From positions 32,001-96,000 of the forward strand of contig CAVSHT010000003.1 of assembly GCA_963727895.1 (NCBI GenBank): a DNA stretch of 64,000 bases. The letters are read 5' to 3'. This DNA is from an uncultured Methanosarcinaceae archaeon. Lineage in GTDB: Archaea; Halobacteriota; Methanosarcinia; Methanosarcinales; Methanosarcinaceae. The notes beneath the pieces were generated by a model. The model ran no database searches, was not told the DNA's origin, and saw only the letters and a program-made list of their open reading frames with translations. The stretch's first letter is position 1, and each line of letters begins with the position of its first letter. The translations under genes were made by a program, and so were the position numbers. This document shows positions 22,230 through 32,606 of this stretch, one piece after another.

Positions 22230-22357
22230 GCTCATCTCAAAACTTGAAATTTGCTTCTTTAGCCTTGTATTTCAAATAGTCAATAAGGCTCAAGATCATG
22301 AAAACAACTTTGAAACTTCCAAACGATTAAGAATTTAGTGACTTTTGGGATAGGCTC
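22228..22357. mobile_element. 130-bp MITE with GAGC(C/T)(T/C)ATC(C/T)CAAAA ends
   Basis: Imperfect terminal IRs with TAT on both sides; a related end at ~37747. Confidence 0.65.
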
Positions 22358-22372
22358 TATAAATCAATAAAT

Positions 22373-22519
22373 TGTTCCGTTGCAAAAAATCAAAGCATTT
22401 TACAAAATCATCGAAAACCTCCACAATAGGATAATTTTGATGAGTAAATTTGGGTTAAAATGACATTTAAAGGAAAGAAAAATTACCTCAAAGTACAGAA
22501 ATTTTTTTGCAACGGAACC
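22373..22519. mobile_element. IS6-ended MITE, second copy
   Basis: IRs at both ends; similar to 23449-23598. Confidence 0.8.
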
Positions 22520-22794
22520 AAAAATAGAATGTTTAAAGGCTTCTATGTATGGCATATACAGCTGTAGAAGTTCCTTGTATAAATTTTAACATAATGTAAT
22601 AAAAATTACGAGGCAACCCTTATAATTACTTAACACTAAAATTTAAATAGTTTTAAATTAATTATATATCTGGACCCAATCAGCTGGGATCTTCAACCAC
22701 ATCTAGGCAGGTCTAATCATTCATCCTGTTCACTCAAGCTTGGGCGGATTAATCTCTCCCGCCCTTTACCTCCTGCTTTTTTGAAATTTTAACC

Positions 22795-22939
22795 TTCATA
22801 TCCACAGACCTCCTGCAGTAACACTCAATTAAACTCCCGAGGAATTCCATATTTTCATTGGACTTTGATAGTTAAATGATAAATGCTCAACTAAATTGTA
22901 TATATTTTTCGCAATCAAAGAAGGTCTCTGGATATGAAC
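22795..22939 (-). mobile_element. Internally deleted derivative of the IS481-type element at 40378-41620
   Basis: Both termini plus the transposase 3' remnant. Confidence 0.75.
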
Positions 22940-23201
22940 CTTAATATTCTTATATTTGACCTCTTAGAATAAACACTTGTTCGTTTTCGCTATCTTGAGA
23001 CACTTTTCACTATGCTCTATTATACTATATAGTCATGTGCGTGTGCGGCACAGCCGCCAACACCGCCAAAATAGTTAAGTTATAAAAAATTAGGAGAAAG
23101 GTTTATTGAAATAAGTAGAAAATTAAGGATTCTGTTACAAAAATTATATGATATAAGTAAACTCTGTTATGCAGTAAATGATCTAAAAATCTAATTTTTA
23201 A

Positions 23202-23345
23202 CATTTGTATTCGGTTAAGATACGATCTATAAAAAATGTGTTATCTTTGTTGCCATTTCTGTAAACCTATAAATGTAAATCGAGATACATAGATTATTGC
23301 AGTAGTCATTATAACGTTAACAGATTCCTTAACCGAATACAAATG
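23202..23345. mobile_element. 144-bp IS4/ISH8-like MITE with a 9-bp target duplication
   Basis: CATTTGTATTCGGTTAAG...CTTAACCGAATACAAATG flanked by AATTTTTAA on both sides. Confidence 0.85.
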
Positions 23346-23448
23346 AATTTTTAAGGATAATTTAAGATACGAACCTTTTTTTGATCTAGAACATTCGGAT
23401 TTTAAGTAAAATTTTGCAAGTTTTGCCATCCTATCCCTCAGGAATAAG

Positions 23449-23598
23449 GGTTCCGTTGCAAAAAATCAGAGCATTTTACAAAATTGTTGAAAACCTTCAC
23501 AATAAGATAAGTTTGGTGAGTACATATGGATTAAAATGACATTTTAAGGAAAGAAGAATAACCTCAACGTACAGAAAAATTATTTTTGCAACGGAACC
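23449..23598. mobile_element. IS6-ended MITE, third copy
   Basis: Near-identical inverse of 21596-21745. Confidence 0.85.
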
Positions 23599-23605
23599 TA
23601 GGCTC

Positions 23606-23869
23606 ATCTATAAAGCGAATCGTTAATCCAATGTTAGGATTTCAGTCTTTTCATACAGCCATTAAAACTTTAAAAGGAATTGAAGCGATGAATTTGATTA
23701 AAAAAGGACAAGTCAAGAATCTAAATTACTCTGGCTTTAATGGAGCTAAATATATTAGTCAATTATTTGGAATAGTTCTATAATATTGACGCATCTTTTT
23801 GAATATTTTAACTTTTATTCATTATTCATAGATTTACAGGCTTATTCTAAGATTTTTTGCAACGGAACC
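23606..23869 (+). mobile_element. IS6 3' fragment with IR
   Basis: Encodes 'SIKRIVNPMLGFQSF...QLFGIVL'; IR ends 23869. Confidence 0.85.
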
Positions 23870-24004
23870 CTTGAACCCACACTTTCCGCAAGAGCCATTG
23901 CCGAAAGACTTAATATAGGAAAAGATACGGCGCTAAAAGCTATAAAATACATTAGAGATTCAAGAGCCTCCAGGTATCAAGAAAAAACGCCTGGATTAAT
24001 ATGA
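23870..24004 (+). pseudogene. C-terminal HTH remnant of a gene cut off by IS6
   Basis: 'LSARAIAERLNIGKDTALKAIK' is an HTH pattern and starts right at the IS6 IR. Confidence 0.55.
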
Positions 24005-25070
24005 ACTACTTTCTTCAAAATTTTTACTTTTTTTTATTTTTCCAGAAATACACTTCTTTTTCGCAGACAGTTTTTAGACTGTTGCTTTCATACAAACACT
24101 ATGCGTACACTTCTTACAAACATTTTACTTATCATCTCATTTTTTGTGTCTGCTCCAATAAAACCAGTATCAGAAGGAAAAAATGACTTGTTACTTATTA
24201 CTAACTAGACATGCGTCTGAGAGTAGCAGACAGACAGACAAAACGAAAATTGCTTTTTGCTAGTGGTGGAAGGATTGAGTTTTAAGGGGAGTTTTTCTAA
24301 AGAGTTGCAGAAATGGCTTTGAAGATTTTGAAACATGCAAGCCATGCGAAAACGCTATCATTGGAAACAGACAGGTGGTCTTTTTTGTATCTCTAAATGA
24401 TTATATAGACGTGCAAGGCACAAGGAGCAGCCAGCCAGAAGAACACACCAATATTTCAACGAATCAGCCGATATTATTGTAAACATTTTATATATATTTA
24501 AACACATATAATATAATCACTTACTAAAAGTTTTGTTACCATTAAAAACATTGCAGGAGTTCTCTATCACCTCTCCTACACCCTCCTGATGAAGCCGTTC
24601 GTCTTTGGGCGACACTTCCTGCTGTTAGGGTTTTTCAAGCTTTCCCTGACAGCACACTCCTCTTTTCCTCTCATTATTTTCTAAAGCAACAGAAATCCTA
24701 CTTATGGATCTTGAAGAGCACATACCCCCCTATTCTAAGGCTATAGGAAAGGTTTAAAAAAATGGTAAGGTGGTAATTTGCTTATGGCTCAGGAGTTTGG
24801 GGCTGTAAGGGCAAATCTGAGGCGTTTGTTTTAGTCCTTGAAATGTTGTAACCAACTGTGACCAGGTAACGTACTTTACAAGATTTATCTCAAGATTAGT
24901 TTTCTTAATTTCTTTTTTATAATTATATTTTTATATACCCTACACTAATCGTATCAAATTTAGACTATTTTCAGTCAATTCTTAACTTAAATTTTAGTAG
25001 CTTTTCTTTTTAACGGTGGGATTTCATGAGATCCTTGTTTTTGCTTTCAACCTTCTTTTTTGCTTGTCCG

Positions 25071-25757
25071 TTACGCAGTTACGGTCTGTTCCGGTGAACC
25101 TGTCAACCACATAGGCAGTTCTTCATCTGGGATTTGTCTTGCGAAAATTAATCTAAGTTCGTTTCTGCCATGATCTGCTTTGTCAACAAAAATATCATTA
25201 GTGGAGCATCTCTTTTCAGCAGCTGCGAATACATCTCGTTTTAGTTTTCTCAGATTCTTCATGGATTCAGGCTGGTACTCCTCAGGTAGATAATTTTCAA
25301 CGAATTTTTTAAAATCCCCTGAATCCATTATCCTGGTATCTATATTTGCAAAAGGAGATGCAGCTTTAGGAAGCATGTCCTTATTGTTTTTTATATACTC
25401 AACGAGAAAATCAGCGCGAATTTCTGTGATATTTTTAGAAGGAGAAATTAGAGATCGATCAATAAGTTCAGGCTTTAATGTAGTGTTTATTTTAGACACC
25501 ATATTGTTTAGCCTTGTAATTTGTTCAGGGATGGTAGGTTCGTGGTCTTCATCATCATAAGAATAGTCATCAATTCCAAGAGCAGTCTCAATTTTGGCAA
25601 GTCTCTGAACTGGTCTTATCTCTGAAGTTGCTAGTTTCGCGTCAAAAGAGGTGTTTACAAATTTATTCATATAAGGAGCAATCAAATCAACAAATTCTAT
25701 CCTTTCCGATTCAGATGCGTTTTTAAAGGCTTGACTGATATCTGATAGGGAAATCAT
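25071..25757 (-). CDS. Hypothetical protein, cassette copy B
   Basis: 228 aa; paralog of ORFs 11678 and 38482. Confidence 0.85.
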   Translation of the reverse strand: MISLSDISQAFKNASESERIEFVDLIAPYMNKFVNTSFDAKLATSEIRPVQRLAKIETALGIDDYSYDDEDHEPTIPEQITRLNNMVSKINTTLKPELIDRSLISPSKNITEIRADFLVEYIKNNKDMLPKAASPFANIDTRIMDSGDFKKFVENYLPEEYQPESMKNLRKLKRDVFAAAEKRCSTNDIFVDKADHGRNELRLIFARQIPDEELPMWLTGSPEQTVTA

Positions 25758-25849
25758 AGATATCTTTCCCCCATTCCTATGATCTCGAGAAATTCTTGAT
25801 CAGAAAATAGAGGAATATACTTTATATGTACATAATCAGCGAGGCTCAT
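25754..25849 (-). CDS. 31-aa leader ORF, copy B
   Basis: Identical to 12352-12447; RBS and ATGA coupling. Confidence 0.65.
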   Translation of the reverse strand: MSLADYVHIKYIPLFSDQEFLEIIGMGERYL

Positions 25850-26424
25850 TTTAAGCCTCCTGTATAAAAACAGTTTTTAGAAGTGCTAAAAATTGGTTTA
25901 CTTTACTATTCTGTTCAATACGATCGAAAAGTTTATACCTATCGGTGTCTATGTAACTACTAAGCACTAATATCCCTCTTATACTGGGGGTCAGGGTTCT
26001 TCGTTGGTAGCTTGGAACCCTACCAAATTAATCTTTTTTATAACTAAAAAGAGTCAATTATATTAAAACCTGTTTCTCCATTCTTTTTACTTGTTTTCTT
26101 CTTTTATTTTTTAGATGTTCAAAACATGTTCATTTTTGTGCAATTGAAATCTACCCTTAAAAAATAAGCTAAATTTGTGAAAATTTATATGGAAAAAATA
26201 GATTTTAGTCAAGCTTTTCTTGAGGATTGGAAATTTGGGAATTTTAATCCCGGCCAAAATGAGAAATTATTCACTGGCCTTGCCACTATGAATTAAAAGA
26301 AGCTCTCAAAATCGCAAAATGTGCGTGTAAACTATATTCAGAAGAATACCACATTGAGAAGATAAGGAATAAAAAGTGTGATTGGAAACTTGTATATGTC
26401 TCTAAAATGAAAAAAATTAGGAAA

Positions 26425-26934
26425 TTATAATGTATAAGTATCAGTTTCGGTTAGAAAATCGATAGTGTCATATGTTGAATATAATTGATTCAAGATTGCT
26501 TCATAATCCGGCATCGGAGTTTTTCTTTGGTTCTCAACCAATTCTTTGAATCTTTTTGACATTTCATGGGGAAGTTCTATTAACTTCAGAGCCTTCACTA
26601 TGCCCGTCATTCCATCAATTAAAACGACTTGGACCGTATAACCTGTCTTCTTGTCTGTAAGTTCTTGTAATTCATAAGGCTGTGATAGAGCAACATTATA
26701 AGGTGTATCCATCCAGGGTAAATGTCCGAATTTAAAAAGAAGAAATATAATTCTTTTTTCTTCAATGAGCCTGAGTTTTATTTCCCCATCTTTGATTTCT
26801 TTAATTTCCGAATCAAGAGGACTATCAAAGACTATCTGGAGAAAGCCACCACCTTGATTGAAAAAGAAAGTGAAGCCTTCAGGAATTCGTTTTAATCCTG
26901 CATGATATGGTTTTCCTACTTCTAATTATTGCAT
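26425..26934 (-). pseudogene. Hypothetical protein with a stop at codon 3
   Basis: ATG CAA TAA, then an open frame 'LEVGKPY...FKFGHLPWMDTPYN' in frame with ORF 26425-26712. Confidence 0.6.
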
Positions 26935-27867
26935 ATTGGATACATTTATGTTCAGAATGTTAACTCTTGTGTTTTTTTCTCTTTTATCTGGAAGTTCTTT
27001 AACATAAAATAAAAAAGAATATAATGGCTCTGTAGAAGTCTTGGTTCCGTTGCAAAAATCTCAGAATAAAAATATAAATTATTACAGGATATGTGTGATA
27101 TCATAACTCCATGTTCAGTATATCTATAACTGGATCTTCTAGTTCTTCGAGTTCTTTAAGTTCTCTTTGAATATCTGCAGTAGTTATTTTCGAGTATCCC
27201 ATATGACTTAAAAAGCATCACTAGATTATAAATGTTGCTTTTTAAGAGAATATCTGCTTCAAAACCCGAGATTTTACTGAAAATTGTGAGAAAAAGGCAA
27301 CAAATTGACCAAAATGTTGTCTTCTTGAGTAAAAAAGTTTTACCTCAAAAACCTCTGTATCATAAATTAGAATTTACAGAACTTTTGATTACTGCCAATT
27401 CAAAACTATAGTTCTATATATTGGAGAAAATTATTGCATAACCATGCCCGACTTTTTTGAGAATTTTCTCTCTAATTTAAAAAGAAAAATTCCACTTTTG
27501 AATAAAGATTACGTAACTTCAGAATTCGTTCTTGGAGTATTGATGCACTTATTCCTTTTTATTTGCATTATTACCTTATTGTATTTACTATCAATACATT
27601 TGCAATTGTTATCTTCAACGTAGGCGTATGGTAGGGTCTCAAATCCTCTATAAAATTCACTCCATATTTTATGCATAGATTAAAACCCTTGCATAAGCGT
27701 GATTATTCCGTTCAAATTCTTTGTTATAATATTCACAGATATATAAACAAAAATCACAGGTTATGCTATAAAACCTATATATTCTTTCACTTCAGTTGCA
27801 ACATTTCTAATTCTAGAAAATACAAAATTATTTTAGGATAAAACAGTTTACAATTCAAAATTTAAAG

Positions 27868-28311
27868 TTAAAAAATACCTAGATCTTGTTCTTCTTCCCT
27901 CTTTTTTTCAGATGCAATTTCTTTTCTTAGGCTTTTTATGTTTTTATTAGCCCACTTATGTACATTATAATTTGTATGATTCAATATCTGCTCCATAATA
28001 TTAATTTGCTTTTCATAATATGGAATTACTGAGCCACTCCATGAAAAAGTACCTAAGTTTCGGTCTATTTCTAATAATACATCAGAACGGTAGCCAAAAT
28101 TATCAATTAATAATTTTGCAAGAGGATGTAATGACCAAGAACCTTTGTTTTTTGAAAAAATCGGCACCATTCTAGCAAGTAGAACTGGAGCTTTTTCAGA
28201 TTCTTTTCTACACCATAAAAGAGTAATTGAAAAGGCTAGAAACTTATTCCCGGAATCTGTTTCCGTAAATAAAAGTAAATACGGAAGGCATGAAACAAGA
28301 GTAATTTTCAA
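27868..28311 (-). pseudogene. C-terminal fragment of a larger protein (SWSGS motif)
   Basis: No convincing start; ends 'FSWSGSVIPYYE...V.KWA...I..EKKREEE'. Confidence 0.5.
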
Positions 28312-28694
28312 ATTTAGTCCTGGAAACGTACCAATGAAAAGGAACGGTACATTAAATCTAAATTTAAGCTAAATAAAATAGCAGCTGAACAGGGTAAATT
28401 TCTGTCGAAAAATCGGAAACTATTTTCTTATAGGATAGAACTATCCAGTACATTATTATAATTTTACTCGGCTAGTGTAGCTTGACATTGTCACATTAAC
28501 CCATTTTTGCATATATTACAGCCTATTTCCACCCAAATTCACATCATTTTGAAATTTATACCTTCCTATTTTTGTTTCTTCCATTTTTGTCGTAATCAAC
28601 AGTTTCATTATTTTCACTTTAGTGATTTTTTCCTTTCAAGATTGCATACTTACCAGTAACCAGAACAAGAATCTAATTTATCTACTCCTAAAAA

Positions 28695-30340
28695 TTATGA
28701 ACGTCTTAACCTGCTAACTCTTGCCTTCCTTCTCAGATCATTATCTTTATTTAAAATTCTTGCAATTTCCCAAGCATCGATTCTTTTCAATGGATTATGG
28801 TACTTCAGTATCCATATAACTCCAGGAATTGAAATCTTACATATTTTTTTGAATTTTTTCTGATAAGAGAGTAAAATAAGCATCGCAAGCATTACCAATG
28901 CCATATGATGATGCCATGCATTCCAATTTATTACCATATATTCTGCCATTCCACAGTTTCCTTTTGCATCCTGAAATGCTCTCTCAATCCAATACCTTGA
29001 ACTTTGCATTTTTGCAAGTTCATCTAATGGAGTAGCCTCAGAAGCATTACATAGTGAATATTTAATTTCATTCGATTCTACATCTTTACTTATGAGAAGC
29101 CATAAAGGCTTCTCACAAGGTAAGTTATTCTGTCGTCTTCAAACCTTTATAGCCTTAAAATCAAATTGCGTGCGGCCACCCCACCCTAAAGGATGGGGTA
29201 TGCTTCGGGCCGCCCGCCCGGTTAATTGGAGACAGATGATTAAGCATCCTTTAACAAGGTTTCCTTACTATAAGTGATTGAAATTTTGACCTCGGTTTCC
29301 TATCCGATTTACTATCTACTTAATAGGAAGCTATGGTTTAGATATTCAAAGAGAAATAAGAAGAGGCGAGGGTCCACTTCATCCCCAATCTAAAGAATGG
29401 GGTATTCGTGACCCTCTGCGCTCCTGTTGTAATAAACTTTTTTGTACCCTTTTTTCGTTTTTCTAACATTGATAAGTTTCCATTCCTCTATTGAGCTGGA
29501 AAGAGAACCAATTCTTGTTGAGAATGTATTCAAAACCTTAGGTATAGTAGGGTTTCTTCCTCTTATTCCTTTTTTTTCAGGAATCCCAACTAATGGTTCA
29601 TCAATATAAACGAGAGTATCAACAGCTACATCTGCAACAAAAGTTAAGCCTCTACTTTTGAGTTCTGTCAATAGCTCAGGATTTTCACCGTAGAATCCAT
29701 CCATTATGACATAAGAAAAAAGAATACCTTCTTCTATTGCATTATCAATCATTTCAAGTCCAAGCTCATACTTGGTTCTAAATTTTATCTCCTCAAGAGG
29801 AACTTTAGCCTTTAAACAACGTGCTTCGTCGTCAATCCATTTTTGAGGGAGATATAATCTCCCATCAATCAACATTCTCTTCTTCTTTTTGAAATAAGCA
29901 AGGAATACACCAACCTGACAATTATCCTTTTTTCCAAGATTACCGCAATACTGATAAGAAACTCCAACCGAACTATTTCCAGATTTTTTTATGCTTGATT
30001 CGTCAAGTATAAGAACACCATTTTTGCCTATAGTTTGAATGGCTTTTGTTCGAACAGATTTGAGGAGATCTGCAGAACGCCAAGGAGAACTTGAGACAAA
30101 ATGGCTTAGTGATTGGTTGTTAGAATATTTACAACAGTAAATTGCCATTTTTCTCATATTTGTCCTATATGGAAGAAGCATCAAACCATTAAGGTAATCA
30201 ATACACGTTGAAACAACACAACGAGTTTTCGTTTGAAAATAGAAGTCAAGATGCTTTTCAGAAATGTATTTTTCTACAGAGATAATGTTTGACTTGATAA
30301 AGTCTCCTGTTATTTGTTTCACTATCTTAGATTCATACAA
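28695..30340 (-). pseudogene. IS701 transposase split by a 272-bp insertion and a TGA
   Basis: 'LILDES..KKSG..SVGV..QYCG.LGK.DNCQVGVFLAY', 'DGFYG', 'RYWIERAFQDAK...WHHHMALVMLA'. Confidence 0.88.
29161..29432 (-). mobile_element. Non-autonomous IS200/IS605-type (PATE-like) element
   Basis: Subterminal hairpins CCCCACCCTAAAGGATGGGG and CCCCAATCTAAAGAATGGGG; removing it restores KKVY-FKAIKV with no target duplication. Confidence 0.75.
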
Positions 30341-30535
30341 ATAATATTATACTCCGCGGTAGGCGTAAAAAGGAAATGTGACAAAGTCAAGGTAAAGTAT
30401 ATTTATAAATATAGTTTTAATATAACTTTTTCTTTCCTTGTATTCTATTTTGATTGTACCATACCTATTGATTGGTACGGTAGGTACGATTTTAGGTTTA
30501 GAAACAGTTTGACTGTCTTCATGAGTTATATTTAT

Positions 30536-30680
30536 TTAGCTTGATAGTATTTTTTGAGAATTAATTTCTATATTTTGAGCTACTTTATCAACTGCATCAG
30601 CAAACTTTTCAACACGTTCTGCGGTAGTATGACTTACGTTTTGTTGTTTAGCTATTTTATAGGCAGTAGGTTTTACCGCA
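30536..30680 (-). pseudogene. Possible HTH fragment of a ParB-like plasmid/phage protein
   Basis: 'TAYKIAKQQNVSHTTAERVEKFADAVD' pattern only. Confidence 0.3.
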
Positions 30681-31048
30681 TATATTCCAAGCAGCACTTC
30701 ATACACTTTATAACTAAGTTGCACAATAAAGAACAGTGGTGAAACAATGACAGCACGTAGGCAAAAAGAAAAGGCGAGTAAAAAAGCTGCAGCTGACGCA
30801 GAAAGAAAAGTACAGAAGCGAATGGTCCAGACTCCACGTGTCTAAACCTATTAACCACATGCCTGTAAGCTAACGGAAACGGGTCATAGGATTAGGTGGA
30901 ATCTGATCTATTCACTTTCATCCAGGCAGCCAATAGGCGGAACTGTGCAGTATCGTGCTAGTGTCGCGTCAATTCTCAAAAATTCAACGATTACGAATAA
31001 ATACAATCGATTTTATACGGCATTTTGCTGTTGACCCGACACTAGTAT

Positions 31049-32230
31049 CTATTTTTCGAAAGAAATTGTTAAATCTGTGAGTTCAGAGTTACTTCCAATT
31101 CTTATTGGTGGACCCCATGTGCCGAATCCAGAGGAAACAACTACCTGATATTCTTCTTTTCTCAAATAGCCCCAACTGTTTTCAAATATATGCTTGGCAA
31201 TCAAATTGTTGGGGAAAAATTGTCCGTTATGCGTATGCCCAGACAATTGTAAATCGATTCCATTTCGCTGTCCTTCCTTCAGATTAACGGGTTGGTGATC
31301 TAACAGAATAATCGGGAGATTGTTGTCGATACCATCTACAAGGCTAGATAGCTGAAGACGTGATTTTCCGAACATACGACCAGCTATGCGATCATCTCTA
31401 CCAATTATATAAAATTGATTATTTATTTTTATGCATTCATCAACCAGCACATTAATCCCAGCCTGATGCAAATATTTCACGGCTAGCTCACTATTGCCGC
31501 CAAGATATTCATGGTTTCCTAAAACTGCATATAAGCCGTACTTGGATCTGAGTTTTTTCAGTATTTCCGGCATTTTATTATTGGCAAACAATCTCACATC
31601 CTCGTCTATTGTATCCCCAACAAGAAAAACAATGTCTGGATCAAGTTCGTTGATTTTATTAACCATTGCATCAAGACGATTATTATCAACTACTAGCCCA
31701 AGATGTATGTCGGATACCATAACAGCATGAATTTCTGACAAATTTTGTACCTTTTTTTTAATGGTGATATCATAATGCACAACGTGTGGATGATTCGCAT
31801 TCCAGGTTCCATATATTAAAAGAAGAAAAACCAAGGATAAAACTAAAAATCCCCAGTAAAATGATGGATATTGAATAATCGGAGTCGTTGGGAATATGAG
31901 ATTAATTAAGTGATGAAGAATATCCGTACCGATCCATATCAAAAAAGAGTAGTAAACAGCAGCTAGCCAGTAATCGCCTGTTATAGAAATAAGATCATTA
32001 ATATATCCAGGATAAAATCTTTTTCCTAACCTGGATGCAAAAAATGATGTTGCAAGAAGTGCATAGCAGGTCCAGTAAAGCAAAGAGTAAGGTTCAATAA
32101 GACTTTTTATTGACTGAAAAAAACGTAAGCCTACATAATAGTTTCCGGCAATATAGATTGAGATAAAAATACTTAAAATACCGAGAAAAAGCAAACTTAT
32201 TTTTGTGTTTTTCTTTCCTTTATCCTTCAT
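31049..32230 (-). CDS. Membrane-anchored metallophosphoesterase (YkuE-like)
   Basis: N-terminal TM helices; SDIHLG, GDTID, GNHE, HQP, SGHTHNGQ. Confidence 0.92.
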   Translation of the reverse strand: MKDKGKKNTKISLLFLGILSIFISIYIAGNYYVGLRFFQSIKSLIEPYSLLYWTCYALLATSFFASRLGKRFYPGYINDLISITGDYWLAAVYYSFLIWIGTDILHHLINLIFPTTPIIQYPSFYWGFLVLSLVFLLLIYGTWNANHPHVVHYDITIKKKVQNLSEIHAVMVSDIHLGLVVDNNRLDAMVNKINELDPDIVFLVGDTIDEDVRLFANNKMPEILKKLRSKYGLYAVLGNHEYLGGNSELAVKYLHQAGINVLVDECIKINNQFYIIGRDDRIAGRMFGKSRLQLSSLVDGIDNNLPIILLDHQPVNLKEGQRNGIDLQLSGHTHNGQFFPNNLIAKHIFENSWGYLRKEEYQVVVSSGFGTWGPPIRIGSNSELTDLTISFEK

Positions 32231-32320
32231 AATATTCTATCTCAGAATACTGTTTTGTTAATGGCACTTTTCTAAATCCTTGACAGAAATCAATGCATAT
32301 TCATGCGTCTTCGGTTAATC

Positions 32321-32606
32321 TTCATGTCCACAGATCTCCTGCAGTAACACTTAATCTTCATGTCCACAGACCTCCTGCAGTAACACTCAATGAAACTACC
32401 GATGAATTTCATATTTCCACTGGACTTCGATAGTTGAATGATGAATGCTCACGTAAATTGTATCTATTTTTCGCAATCACAAGAAAGTTCTAAAAATAAT
32501 TAAAAGTTGCATAATTTAGCCTCTTGACTACAGATGTTGATTTGTGTTTACAAATATGTCAGAAGATTTAAATCAAATTTACTGTGAAAGGTCTCTGGAC
32601 ATGAAC
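32321..32606 (-). mobile_element. Deleted derivative of the IS481-type element with a tandemly duplicated end
   Basis: TTCATGTCCACAGA(T/C)CTCCTGCAGTAAC at 32321 and 32357; other terminus ends 32606. Confidence 0.8.

Larger units (their letters stand above)
23985..26285 (-). mobile_element. Copy B (most complete) of the IS21-end-bearing cassette
   Basis: Starts TGGCAAGGCCAGTGAATAATTTCTC (minus strand) versus IS21 TGTCAATGCCGGTGAATAATTCCTC; colinear with 38036-40279. Confidence 0.75.
28481..30391 (-). mobile_element. IS701-family element, inactivated
   Basis: IRs CTTGACATTGTCACATT and AATGTGACAAAGTCAAG; flanks GTAG/GTAA. Confidence 0.85.

Noticed and set aside
21596..23869. Recurring GGTTCCGTTGCAAAAA as CRISPR repeats or integron attC sites
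   Set aside because: Irregular spacing, both orientations, and identical to the IS6 terminal IR
24553..24600. Fluoride riboswitch (GGAGTTC...CTGATGA)
   Set aside because: Lacks the GAUG 5' motif and the pseudoknot complement; no downstream gene on that strand
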